From contig BROI01000007.1 in assembly GCA_027923505.1 (NCBI GenBank), forward strand, positions 1,054,001-1,118,000: a stretch of DNA of 64,000 nucleotides, given 5' to 3'. Below the pieces are notes generated by a model, which did no database searches, had not been told where the DNA came from, and saw nothing but the letters and a program-made list of their open reading frames with translations. Shown here in pieces: positions 47,115 through 57,376 of the stretch; within the stretch, counting starts at the first letter, position 1, and every line of letters starts with the position of its first letter. This DNA comes from Mayamaea pseudoterrestris. Lineage: Eukaryota. Both the position numbers and the translations under genes were made by a program.

Positions 47115-47719
47115 TCATGCCAGCTTGAACAGGAACGGAACAACGTTTTCCATAACTACATGAAGCATCTCATTGTGCCGCATATCTGCCTTGTTGGACT
47201 TCCAGCCCTTTGCTGCCCACTGAAGAGTCGAGGAAACATCCGTGAACGGTTTGGGGGAATTTAAAATGCATGCCCCCTTCCAAAGCGCTAGCTCCAAAAG
47301 AACTAACGCAGTATCCAACTTGAAGCGCTCAACGACAGAGCGCAAGTGTTCGAAAGGCGAAGGTTTAATTCCTCGTGCCGTTCGTCAAAAAGATACAGGA
47401 GCATATGCTCGTGCATCTGAACACCAACATTGTGACCGCGTGCTCCCGCTAGAAGCGTGTATACCTCTTTAGATCGTGACATGTAGCAACCAAGCTCAGT
47501 GTTAAGGACGTTTACTTTGTGGCAATGAATGGAGCAACTCTTGTGCTTTTGCAAGTCTGCTTCATTACCTCGAGAAGTACTAGAAAATTCGTCAGGGCAC
47601 AGCTTGCACTTGCAGCGATAGAGGGAATGTGCTAAGTAGCTATATGTGAACAACTTTTCCGAATCGATCGAGAAAGAAAGGTCTTTAACGTCATTTAAAA
47701 AGAGTTTTTCCATGGTCAC
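47115..47719 (-). pseudogene. LLELALWK-family paralog, copy 2, with a 1-nt frameshift
   Basis: ORFs 47303-47719 and 47115-47345 together align to copy 1. The frame changes near 47371 (DERH|GIKPSPFEHLR versus DEQTEGTELLPLAQLQ). Confidence 0.75.
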
Positions 47720-48189
47720 GTGAAGCGAAACGAATACACAACTTGAGTTTCGGAGTTGCTTTTAAAGGCCTACTGATTTATGAGCTACCAGATACCGTAC
47801 GGAACTTTTGCCAGTTTCCATCAAATCTCTGCATCGGCTCTCAAGACTGTCTTCCACTAATCTCTCATTTTCACGATACAAGTGCGAGAAATCATCGCTT
47901 TCCCGCCGTGCCTATAGGTCTCGTTCCCTTTCTGCTTTTCTCTCCTGTTTATTAAAGTCAATAGTTGAGACTGTTTCGGTTGATCGCGAGCACAGCTGTG
48001 CATTCGGTACTATGCAATAGTCAGATAGCCACTGCATTATGTTCCAAAGGTATGTGGCAAAGCGGCGCTCCATCGTCATTGCTTTACTTTTGCTTTCCAG
48101 ACGGAACGGAACGCGTCACACCGGTTCTCGATCAACCAAAAATTCCGTCGCGGCGTCACACACATCATTCTTCTCCTCCTCCATGTAGC

Positions 48190-49362
48190 ATGGCATCGGC
48201 ACCAGGCTTAACAACAAAGAAGCGACCGGTACCTCAATGGAAGGAAGCGTTCGCCGGAGGAGTTGCTGGTGCCTTCTCCAAGACGGCGCTAGCTCCCGTC
48301 GAGCGCGTCAAACTACTGAGTGAGTGAACCGACTACCGAGGAACATTTTTTGTGTGACAGCACTTGCATTGCACTTTAACAATGGCTGCAGCCGTGATAA
48401 TGCACAAAGACTTATCTTTTGAATCTTCATTGATACACTTAGAACAACTCCAGGGCTCCGTCAAGCTCGGACCATTAGCCAGCACGTCCCACTCATCGGC
48501 ATGGCAAGTCGCCGCGAACGTTTATCGGCAGGAAGGATTGCTGGCCTTTTGGAGAGGCAACCTTCCCAATGTACTACGCACAGCCGGATCTGCCGCCATT
48601 AATTTCACCTGCATGGACTACTACAAAAAGGTGGCCGTGGCTCCCTACTTTGAAAAACTTCTGTTGTCGTCGTCGTCATCCACAACAACCTCATCGCCGT
48701 CTACTCTACAGAAACGCCAGCGACAGAGCCAGTTCATTACGAGCATTGTTTCCGGCGGCTTGGCCGGCGCATCCTCCACCACGCTACTGTATCCCTTTGA
48801 GTTTCTACGTACGCGACTGGCCATGGATGTGGGCGCCTTGGAGCAGCGAAAGTACGTCGGCATGAAGCAAGTCGTCAGTAGCATACTGCGCAGTGACGGA
48901 ATCAGGGGATTCTTTCAAGGCTACGGCGTGGCGCTGGCGGGTGGAGTGGTTTATCGAATACTCTTTCTGGGTGGGTATGACGCCATCAAGGATGAAGTCT
49001 TGTATCGCAAGCAGCAACGAGAGTTGCGTAGTAGTGACGCCATTGCTGGCAATGGTTTTTCGTCGCCATCCAGCGTTCAACTGACATGGTCGGAGCGCAT
49101 GGTCATTGCACAATCCATTAGCTTGACGGCGGGAACACTATGTTATCCGTTCGATTCGGTGCGGCGACGCATGATGATGCAGGCCGGGCAAGCCACGACG
49201 GAACGATCCTATGCGAGCTCGGTTGATTGCATGCGTCAAGTTTTGCGAAAGGAAGGAGTGCGAGGCTTTTACCTTGGCATTGGACCAAACTTGGTCCGAT
49301 CAGTGTCTGGTGCACTGTTGCTGGTTGGCTATGATGCGGTTCGATCGCTATTACGGTATTAA
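48190..49362 (+). CDS. Mitochondrial carrier, ADP/ATP translocase-like
   Basis: Three Px[DE]xx[KR] repeats (APVERVK, YPFEFLR, YPFDSVR) and the AAC signature RRRMMM. Intron ~48320-48442. Confidence 0.88.
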
Positions 49363-49432
49363 TCATAACTTAAATGATTTGGCTGTAAGAATGGCTACAA
49401 TGTTTTAACTGTTACGAATGCAATTCTGCCCT

Positions 49433-50383
49433 TTACTTGTTCTTCTTCTTCGCGGCATCGCGCGCCGGCAAAAATTCGGTCCGTATGTCGCAATCCTGCA
49501 CCTTGATCATTGGCTGCTTCTCGCCTCGCGGCGCCGACTGCAGTTCCGCAACGTCAAACCAGTATCGCTTTCCGTTATAGTCAAACGCAATGGTGGATCC
49601 TAGCGTCAGGGACGAGTAGTGCCTCAACTCCGTCTCCAGTACCGCTTGCGGTCTGGCAATATCCTTGGCAAACTGCGACGAGTGCGGACGAAACTTGGCC
49701 ATGGCGCCGGATGGAACGTGTTCGCACAAATCCACCTGCACGACATCGCGCGGCCGCAGTCCCAGCACGCGCATCATCCAAAGCGGCAAAAAAACGTAGC
49801 AACTCGGTGCTCGAAAGTCGAGTGGACCGCCCACCACCTTTTCTAACTGCGCGCGCGGCAAGAGTGGCGTAATCTCGTCACTGTCTACTAGCTCGACGCG
49901 TGGACTCGTCACACCATCGATCCGCGACACTTGAAACAGCCACGGCACACTGGCATCGTTCAATTGTATGGCTTGCCAAAAACATGGCGGCAGACTCATT
50001 TTATCACCCGTCTGTACATGCTGGTGACTGAAGCTTCCCATGGGGGGATTGAAGCGGTCGTCCAGTGGCAGTACAATGAGGCGACGGTGTTTGGTTGTTT
50101 CGCGCGCGTTGCTGCAGGAGGCAATGTATTCGGCATTGTAGTCTTCGACTTGCTGCTCCAGGTTGGCTAGTGATACGGCTTGTCTCCATCGCTCCTGAAT
50201 GTACTTTTTGGGGCCGTTGGCGAGGGAAATGGGTTTTGTCAAGGATGGTGGTGGTGCTGCGAAATTGGTACGCGACGAAGATGATGCCAAGCAAATGGAT
50301 GGTAGCAGGAGCAGTGCATGTAGCAATAAGATTAGATTTGGTATGCAAGCGCATGGCATTGTCATTGTGAGTCGAGATGGCAT
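49433..50383 (-). CDS. Ufd1 N-domain protein with signal peptide (likely symbiont-derived SELMA sUfd1)
   Basis: Motifs GDKMSLPP, GPLDFRAP, LPLWMM, KFRPHS, PQAVLETELRHYSSLT and DCDIRTEF, preceded by a hydrophobic signal sequence and a transit-like stretch. Confidence 0.85.
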   Translation of the reverse strand: MPSRLTMTMPCACIPNLILLLHALLLLPSICLASSSSRTNFAAPPPSLTKPISLANGPKKYIQERWRQAVSLANLEQQVEDYNAEYIASCSNARETTKHRRLIVLPLDDRFNPPMGSFSHQHVQTGDKMSLPPCFWQAIQLNDASVPWLFQVSRIDGVTSPRVELVDSDEITPLLPRAQLEKVVGGPLDFRAPSCYVFLPLWMMRVLGLRPRDVVQVDLCEHVPSGAMAKFRPHSSQFAKDIARPQAVLETELRHYSSLTLGSTIAFDYNGKRYWFDVAELQSAPRGEKQPMIKVQDCDIRTEFLPARDAAKKKNK

Positions 50384-50587
50384 GCTTTTAGCATGGATTG
50401 AATCAATCTTTGTGAAGAAAACGGGCAATTTGTGGCGACTTGACCATCATGGTGGACAAAAAGAAACGGACGATCGATCATTTGTCACGCGTGCTCATAA
50501 CCTCTGCCAGCTGTCAAGCAGCTACTGACTGCTTACCAAGTGTAAACGCAACATACTTTACTATGTTCACATTTACTGTTCTATTAG

Positions 50588-51694
50588 TTATTCATTCGTA
50601 TTCATTTCATCGCTGTCTTTGCTCTTGTCATTTTGCTGCTTCGGCGGCAGAAACAAGTCGTTTCGGCCGCAGCCGCAATGCTCCTCAATCTCGCGCTCCT
50701 CCTTGGTCATGCGCGCCAAGGCGGCTTGGGCGGCAAGCTCTCGCAGCGGTTGCTGTCGAATATTGTTAGTATCATAAGCTGCATCATTTTCGTGACAGCC
50801 GCCAAGTCGATAGGTGCCTCCCGTATACAAGGTTGCTGGCTGGCCTGAAACAGCATTCATCGACGACAATCCAGCGCCGCGTGTCCAATCCATACTCGTA
50901 CATTCTCGTTCAATGACTCGCATGAGCTTGAAGAACTCATCGTCATGCTCCGAATGCACGTTATGCGCCAACTCATGATACAAGACTTTGCGAATGCTGG
51001 TCATTTTGCGAAAACCCTTCAAATCGTCCGTTCGGACCCGCAGCAGTATGCGCTGCCCCTTGTTTTCGTTCAAGCCCATGACGCAGACGGCCGATTGACC
51101 AACGTTGCCGTCCGGATATAGTTCCGCCAGCGCGCCAACGCTCCACTGGTGACGCTGCAGACAGGCCAAGATGCCAGGATCATTGGCGAGTTTCGTTAAA
51201 ATGTCGCGCGCCACGTCTTGGTCTGGTAGATTGGGCAAGGTTTCAATGCGACCAAAGCGATAGGGTGAAGACTCATGATGGCTTCTTCTTCCTGCCTTTT
51301 GGAGCATGTATTGACCCAATCGTTTCCGTTCGTCCAGCGCAGCTTGGCCTTGCTCCGTCAAGTCGTCGCGAACGCGAATCGTTCGCCGAGCACTTGAAAA
51401 TTGCTCGTCGAGTGCTTGAGCTTCCTGCGTCGAGACTCCCGTCGCCAAAATCTTGTAGTGAGTCTTTTTGGACATGTTCTCCAGGGTATATCGCATGGAC
51501 GCATCTTGGTCAATCAGTCGCTTGCCTTGGTACAATAGTTTCAGCTGCGTGTCAGGGTCGGCGGAAGCTTGACGCAGAATTTCTTCCTGAACGTCTCGAA
51601 TGGTCATTCCATAGTCTCGCAGCGGCAAATCAATCTTCTTTCCTCGAAAGGAGACGGATAGTGTGGGGTGATGCTCAGTATTAGTTGATGCCAT
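50588..51694 (-). CDS. UBL-WLM (Wss1-like) metalloprotease
   Basis: N-terminal ubiquitin-like KLLYQGK; motifs WSVGALAEL, GLNENKGQRILLRVRTDD and HELAHNVHSEHDDEF. Confidence 0.9.
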   Translation of the reverse strand: MASTNTEHHPTLSVSFRGKKIDLPLRDYGMTIRDVQEEILRQASADPDTQLKLLYQGKRLIDQDASMRYTLENMSKKTHYKILATGVSTQEAQALDEQFSSARRTIRVRDDLTEQGQAALDERKRLGQYMLQKAGRRSHHESSPYRFGRIETLPNLPDQDVARDILTKLANDPGILACLQRHQWSVGALAELYPDGNVGQSAVCVMGLNENKGQRILLRVRTDDLKGFRKMTSIRKVLYHELAHNVHSEHDDEFFKLMRVIERECTSMDWTRGAGLSSMNAVSGQPATLYTGGTYRLGGCHENDAAYDTNNIRQQPLRELAAQAALARMTKEEREIEEHCGCGRNDLFLPPKQQNDKSKDSDEMNTNE

Positions 51695-51906
51695 GTTTAT
51701 GAGTTCACCAAAAAAGGTTTGCAGAATTATGGACGATGGTGCTGCGCGTTTCGACTTCAAGCATCGCCACGTTTCGAATGCATTCGATCATGTTCCGCGT
51801 GTCGTAGTGGTAACGAAATAGCTAATGCTTGTTTGCCAATGTAAAAGCTGGCACAAGGCAACGGCGTGCGGTGCGGTAATATCACTAATATAACAAAATC
51901 AATTCA

Positions 51907-54363
51907 TTAGCCTTCTACTTCCTTGCTGAGTGACTCGCGAAAGGAGGCAGCAAGTTCGGCTTCCTGTTTCTGGTCAACCACGCATGACTTCCAATGTGCC
52001 AATTCTGGTTTGCCCAACACTGCGGCAAGAGCCTCTCTTCCAAACTGGAGCGGCACTTGCACACGTGATCCTGATACCGCCTTGTATACGAACCGTTTGA
52101 AGCCTTTACCTGCTGTTGGAATCTCGGCGTAAAAGTAGCCATCACTTTCCCCGTCGTCGTCATTCGTCAAGACGGCGGATAGACCAATGTTTGAATTAAT
52201 TTCTCGCAAATTAAAACAAATCTTTTTCGCTTGCGCCTGCATTGTCGTCTGAAGTCGTGTACCAAGCTTTCGTTCTATCGGGATGCATTGAACGTGAGTA
52301 TGATAGCCACCTTTCGTTTGTATGGCACGTTCGAACACAAACAGGTCCATGTCATAGGCATCGGATGCATGTTGCCTCAATCTATCCTTCAACAGTTCCA
52401 TCTCTTCGGCAACTTGAGGATTCTTCAAGGCTCCTTCGCTGCTATGCTGTACGGGAATGAGCAAAACATGGCCTGGATGAACAGGACCCTTCGCCATGGC
52501 TGCGTAGCACGTTTCAAAAACACCGGTGATCAAATGTTTCTCGCACGAGTCGGATGCCAGACAAAACCAGCAATCTTGCCTCGCATCGGCGGGGAAATGC
52601 TTGCGCTCAAATTTGAAGCCTGATTCATCTTCAATGACATTGTTTTCATTCTCGACCTTCGCCTTGGACCAATTCAAGTACACTACCACATCTTGCAGCA
52701 AGGCAGGTCGTCCCTTTGCGTCCGCCAACACTTGACCACCATCCGTGCTACCGGTCAAGGATGCCACCGCCATGCTTGCTGCTGCATGAGACGCAAAGTC
52801 CATAAAGCCATAGGAAACGTCAGGTTGAGGCACGCGCAGTGTCACCTGCAAGGCAGGTTCATCCTGCGCCGTGACTGTCTTTTCGCCTCCATCAGCCAAA
52901 ACATTTTCCAGCGTTTCCTCTGCCCACTTTCGAACAGCTTCTCCAATGTTTTCAATGTCACTTGTTCCTGGAACTTTAAAGTAGATTGTACTCGAGTCCA
53001 TGGCGTCAGCTTCTGTCAATCGACTAGGTTTGCTGGCGTCGTCCTTTTGCTTCTTGTGACTCGTCGCCCACTTGATGCCAAGGTCGACACCATGAATCTT
53101 GACCGTGCCGCCCAGCGTTTCCCAACATGCTTTGGCATCTTCATGAGTATCGAAATCGACGAAACAAAAGCTGCTCGTTTCGGCTCCCGGTGGCTTGCGC
53201 ACTTTTCTCGCGTCAAAGCGTGCGAGCGACGCCAAAATGATAGCGTCTCCAGCTGGCGAGTTTTGCTGTATTTGCCCCGTCACATCCTTGTGCAAACCAA
53301 ATAGAAACAACGTCTTGTTGTTTGGATCGACAATGGAACCTTGGTCGCCGTTGTCGTCGTCGTTGCGACGCCGCTTGCCTTGCTCCCATCGCTGCGAAGG
53401 CATGCCACTCTGCTGGTGCCGCTCCTCGGCCAATATGCGTCTGGCACTCGCTTCCGATAATCCAACGTTGTTTGTTTTCGACTTGTTGTTGTTGTTTGAT
53501 TCGTTACGTTGATCCATTTGATACGCCGCGTCCGTGTACGGATTGTCCAACAGATTCGCGGGTTTCTGACTCGCCAGTTCCGCCGCACTGCAGGCGTGCA
53601 AGGGAACGAGTCCAAGTGCATGCACATACTTATACTGCTTGCCCGGCGGCGGCTTTGAACATACAGGAGCGATGGTCAAGACTCGTCCAAAGTGATCCAT
53701 CGAACCCGTGGTGCTCGTCGTGGAGGAAAGGTGCGCAAAGGGCGGTGACTGCATGAAGCGCGACGACGGCACCACGTGGTACTTGGCGCGCGCCAGGAGC
53801 GCGACGCTGGCAACGTCGTAGGACGTGGATTCGTCGTCGTCATTCAAGCTCATGATTCGCTCCATGCCCTGCGGCAGTTCCGCCGTCAGGAGCAAGTCGC
53901 AACCCTTGTAGGAAACGTGTTTCAAATTGTCGAGCAAGTTACGACATGCCGGACTGTCGACGCGCATGCGCGGCGGACAATTAACCACGACAAGATCCGG
54001 CTTGTCTTTTGTCACGTTGAGACTCCAAATACCAGCCTCGTCAATCTGAGTTGGTGACGCTGCTAACAGAAACAAATTGTTCTTGATGCGAATCACTTGT
54101 GAGGATTGTTGTTCATTGTCATTATTCGTCGCTGCTTCTTGCGGCTGCAAGCTCTTGACAATCTCATGCGCATTCTCCAAGTGTTGCAGATAGACTGGAA
54201 TTGGAAAATTCCAGTCGACTATTTTCTGCGAGCATTTTCCCACCAAAAAGGCAGCGTCAAACGGGCCGGCCGCACTGAATTGGAGTGAAGTCAGCTTGGA
54301 GCAAAACGTATCAATGTTTTCTTCAGTCACGGATCCAAAGAATAGTAGTTTGAGTTTAGACAT
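51907..54363 (-). CDS. CWF19L1: CWF19-like protein 1 (Drn1) with internal RRM-like domains
   Basis: N-terminal GPFDAAFLVG (phosphoesterase-like). C-terminal CwfJ motifs CWFCL, KHLI, HVLLIPVQH, HTHVQCIP and PLQFGRE. Confidence 0.88.
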   Translation of the reverse strand: MSKLKLLFFGSVTEENIDTFCSKLTSLQFSAAGPFDAAFLVGKCSQKIVDWNFPIPVYLQHLENAHEIVKSLQPQEAATNNDNEQQSSQVIRIKNNLFLLAASPTQIDEAGIWSLNVTKDKPDLVVVNCPPRMRVDSPACRNLLDNLKHVSYKGCDLLLTAELPQGMERIMSLNDDDESTSYDVASVALLARAKYHVVPSSRFMQSPPFAHLSSTTSTTGSMDHFGRVLTIAPVCSKPPPGKQYKYVHALGLVPLHACSAAELASQKPANLLDNPYTDAAYQMDQRNESNNNNKSKTNNVGLSEASARRILAEERHQQSGMPSQRWEQGKRRRNDDDNGDQGSIVDPNNKTLFLFGLHKDVTGQIQQNSPAGDAIILASLARFDARKVRKPPGAETSSFCFVDFDTHEDAKACWETLGGTVKIHGVDLGIKWATSHKKQKDDASKPSRLTEADAMDSSTIYFKVPGTSDIENIGEAVRKWAEETLENVLADGGEKTVTAQDEPALQVTLRVPQPDVSYGFMDFASHAAASMAVASLTGSTDGGQVLADAKGRPALLQDVVVYLNWSKAKVENENNVIEDESGFKFERKHFPADARQDCWFCLASDSCEKHLITGVFETCYAAMAKGPVHPGHVLLIPVQHSSEGALKNPQVAEEMELLKDRLRQHASDAYDMDLFVFERAIQTKGGYHTHVQCIPIERKLGTRLQTTMQAQAKKICFNLREINSNIGLSAVLTNDDDGESDGYFYAEIPTAGKGFKRFVYKAVSGSRVQVPLQFGREALAAVLGKPELAHWKSCVVDQKQEAELAASFRESLSKEVEG

Positions 54364-54592
54364 GCTCTATTATTTTACAGATTAGCAAGAATTGTTCGTG
54401 AAGGAAGTGAGTGAATTGCGCTTTTCTCGCCATGGTGAAGAACGCAACGAGGACGGTCGCAGGACAGACGTCTGTCGTAACGGTATTGAATTGGGTTCGG
54501 TCGTCGTCGCGCATCTTGGTTCCATTCCATGGCAGACCTCTCGTCCAACGATAGTAAAGTACGGTGAAATACATACATGTATTGTCTGCAAT

Positions 54593-55771
54593 ATGAGTAA
54601 AGCAGCAAAGTATGCATTGATTGTCTGTATCATTGCCTGTGCCATGCTTCTACTGGAAAAGCAGCTCAGTCTGCAGCGATCGCTAGTGACGCTCCTTTGG
54701 CCCATCACAATAACGAGTCACGATGCATCTGCTGCACCCAAGACGCAGCAATCACTCTCCTCTGGAACATACAATTTACTAGTGGAGCCGCCGCTACGAT
54801 TGAATGTGACTTATACACCATCTTCCAGCGAAGCCTACGTGAACGATCATGCTGGCGAGTTGGGTTTGCTTGCCGACAACTTGGCGAACTTGACCATGGC
54901 ATCGTGTCGCATCTTTACGGACGCTGAGCTGCCAGTCTATAACAACTTGCAAGCGTATCGCACGGAACTGGCGGACTATACGCGACGCGTGGATGCCTTT
55001 TCCACAAACGTCAAAGATTTGCGACGTCCTCTACAAGCTGGAGCAAATCGCAACGATCTCTGTGCAACATTGGATTTGAACTTGACGGATATATTCAAAG
55101 AATCCAATCAACTATCCCATGGATCTTTTGGATATGCGGAGCCATTGATTCCACCGCTGCGTCATCCAGAATTTTGCTTCGATCGCCAGCAACTCATGAC
55201 CATGACCTACATGGTGCACGACTGGACCACCATGTGCCATCGCTTGACGCCGTTTTCGCGGACCGTTTTCATCGACATGGGAGCCTCTCTCGCGTTCCAC
55301 TCCTCCAAAGTGACGCCGGCCATTTACATTTTGGATATTTACAAAAAGTTTGGTTTCAAATTTGACCACGTATACGCCTTTGAGATTACGCCGCAGGCGC
55401 CAGCCAAAGTGTTTGAGATGGTGCCGTCGACGTTGCTGTCGCAATACCATTGGCTCAACGTGGGCGTGGAATCGGATCCGCAGGGCAAGATGAATCCGCT
55501 GCGCATGCTGCTGGAGGAATTTACGGAAGATGACTTTGTGGTGATCAAGCTTGACATTGACACGAGCTGGATCGAGTTGCCACTCGCGTACCAACTACTG
55601 AACGACGAGCGTTACAACAAACTTGTGGATCAGTTGTATTTTGAACATCATGTGTTTCAAAAGGAGCTGGTAAGTGATTGGAAGACAACCATGCGAGGAA
55701 GTATCAAGTCGTCCTTTGATCTCTTTGGTGGATTGAGAAGAAAGGGCATTGCGGCGCATTACTGGGTGTAG
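54593..55771 (+). CDS. Type II membrane SAM-methyltransferase-like (FkbM-like) protein
   Basis: N-terminal anchor; motifs VFIDMGA, VYAFE, FVVIKLDID and VDQLYFEHH. Confidence 0.7.
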   Translation: MSKAAKYALIVCIIACAMLLLEKQLSLQRSLVTLLWPITITSHDASAAPKTQQSLSSGTYNLLVEPPLRLNVTYTPSSSEAYVNDHAGELGLLADNLANLTMASCRIFTDAELPVYNNLQAYRTELADYTRRVDAFSTNVKDLRRPLQAGANRNDLCATLDLNLTDIFKESNQLSHGSFGYAEPLIPPLRHPEFCFDRQQLMTMTYMVHDWTTMCHRLTPFSRTVFIDMGASLAFHSSKVTPAIYILDIYKKFGFKFDHVYAFEITPQAPAKVFEMVPSTLLSQYHWLNVGVESDPQGKMNPLRMLLEEFTEDDFVVIKLDIDTSWIELPLAYQLLNDERYNKLVDQLYFEHHVFQKELVSDWKTTMRGSIKSSFDLFGGLRRKGIAAHYWV

Positions 55772-55881
55772 CTTGTATATCTGTATATTTTGCTTTATCT
55801 ATTTTTGAAAGCTGACATAACTTCTGCAGTTTGAAATGGTACTACTTCCAATATTGTATGCTCCCAGCCCCAATGCTAACG

Positions 55882-56021
55882 ATAGCCTACTTGAATTGAT
55901 CGAGACGTGAAAGGTTCGGCTGCGACATCGCACCGCCATCAACGCGGCCCAATAGCCTACTTGAATTGATCGAGACGTGAAAGGTTCGGCTGCGACATCG
56001 CACCGCCATCAACGCGGCCCA
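55882..56021 (+). repeat. Perfect 70-bp tandem duplication upstream of ARL2
   Basis: 55882-55951 is identical to 55952-56021. Confidence 0.95.
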
Positions 56022-56144
56022 AATGATCCGCTCGTTCATCAAATAACTCGACGGCCGTGATCACAATGTCAAGCATTTCTATACACCAACCTTACTCACA
56101 AGCTGTATTAAAACGCGATAAAAAAAGCGTTGGGAAAGAATACA

Positions 56145-56808
56145 ATGGGTCTTCTATCCATACTCAGAAAAGTGAGCTAAAGACGGAACGTGAAAGCATT
56201 TGTGTGTGTTTGTTCAAGACTGACTTGCTGATCTCACTCACGCCTTGCATCGACCATTTTCCTGTCTACAGATTAAGCAAAAGGAGAAGGAAGTTCGGAT
56301 TCTCATTCTCGGTCTAGATAATGCTGGCAAAACCACCATTTTGCGTCGCATTTGCGGTCAGTCGATTGATACGATTGAGCCTACTCTTGGCTTTAACATT
56401 CAAAGTCTGGAACACAAGAACTACCAGCTAAACCTATGGGATGTAGGTGGTCAAAAGTCCATTCGAGCCTACTGGCGAAACTACTTTGAGCAGACGGATG
56501 GTTTGATTTGGGTGGTGGACAGTGCGGACCGAGTTCGACTGGAGCTTTGTCGCCAGGAACTCATGGAGTTGCTGCAACAGGAGCGACTAGCTGGAGCATC
56601 ATTATTAATATATGCCAACAAGCAAGATGTCAGCGGAGCACTTGCATTGGAAGAGATTGCACAGGTTCTAGAGCTAACGACGAACAAGCAATTTGATAAT
56701 CGACATTGGAACATTTTGGCTTGCAGCGCCGTCACAGGAAATGGACTTCTCGAAGGCATGGATTGGATTGTCAGTGACATTGCAGATAGAATATTCATGT
56801 TAGCATAG
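56145..56808 (+). CDS. ARL2: ADP-ribosylation factor-like protein 2
   Basis: [41 protein letters not shown] and ERLAGASLL. Intron ~56172-56271. Confidence 0.95.
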
Positions 56809-57376
56809 AGTCTTTGAGCTTAATCGTGACATCTAACGTTGTTATACCAGTTTCATCGCAACACGCATTTTTTGCTCCGACCTCGGGTTGGTGGGCACGT
56901 TCGATGGCTCAGTCACAGTCACTGTAAATTCTTTAACCAATGATGTCATGCTTGTCTATAGGATGCGGAGCCATCGCAAAGCAGGCGAGGGCTATCGTCG
57001 TGGATGAACAATGGTCCTGCGCTGCCATATGCTCCTATTGGCTTCAATGGCATACGAGGAGACTAATAAATTCACATTTTGCAACTCCAAGTTACCGTTT
57101 TAACCAGAGAGCTTAGTTGTCCGGCAACAAAAATGCTTGCATGGTTTTGTAGCTGCACAAAATCAGATAGTATACTGCATCCCGTCATATCTTAACTGTG
57201 ATAGCATGAAATATCGCCCCCGACAGTGCCACGCCATCGAGTCAGACCTTTTTCAAATTGAACGTCATACCGTTACTCAACTACGCGTCGTTTCTTTCGC
57301 TTTGACGACGGATTACACACATCATGCTGCCTCAATTATCAATTGAAAGTGCTCTGTATGATACATAGATCGAGTA

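Noticed and set aside
49433..51694. Ufd1 plus UBL-WLM as a functional Cdc48-cofactor cluster
   Set aside because: The Ufd1 appears targeted to the periplastid compartment while WLM has no targeting signal. Adjacency in a compact eukaryotic genome is likely chance.
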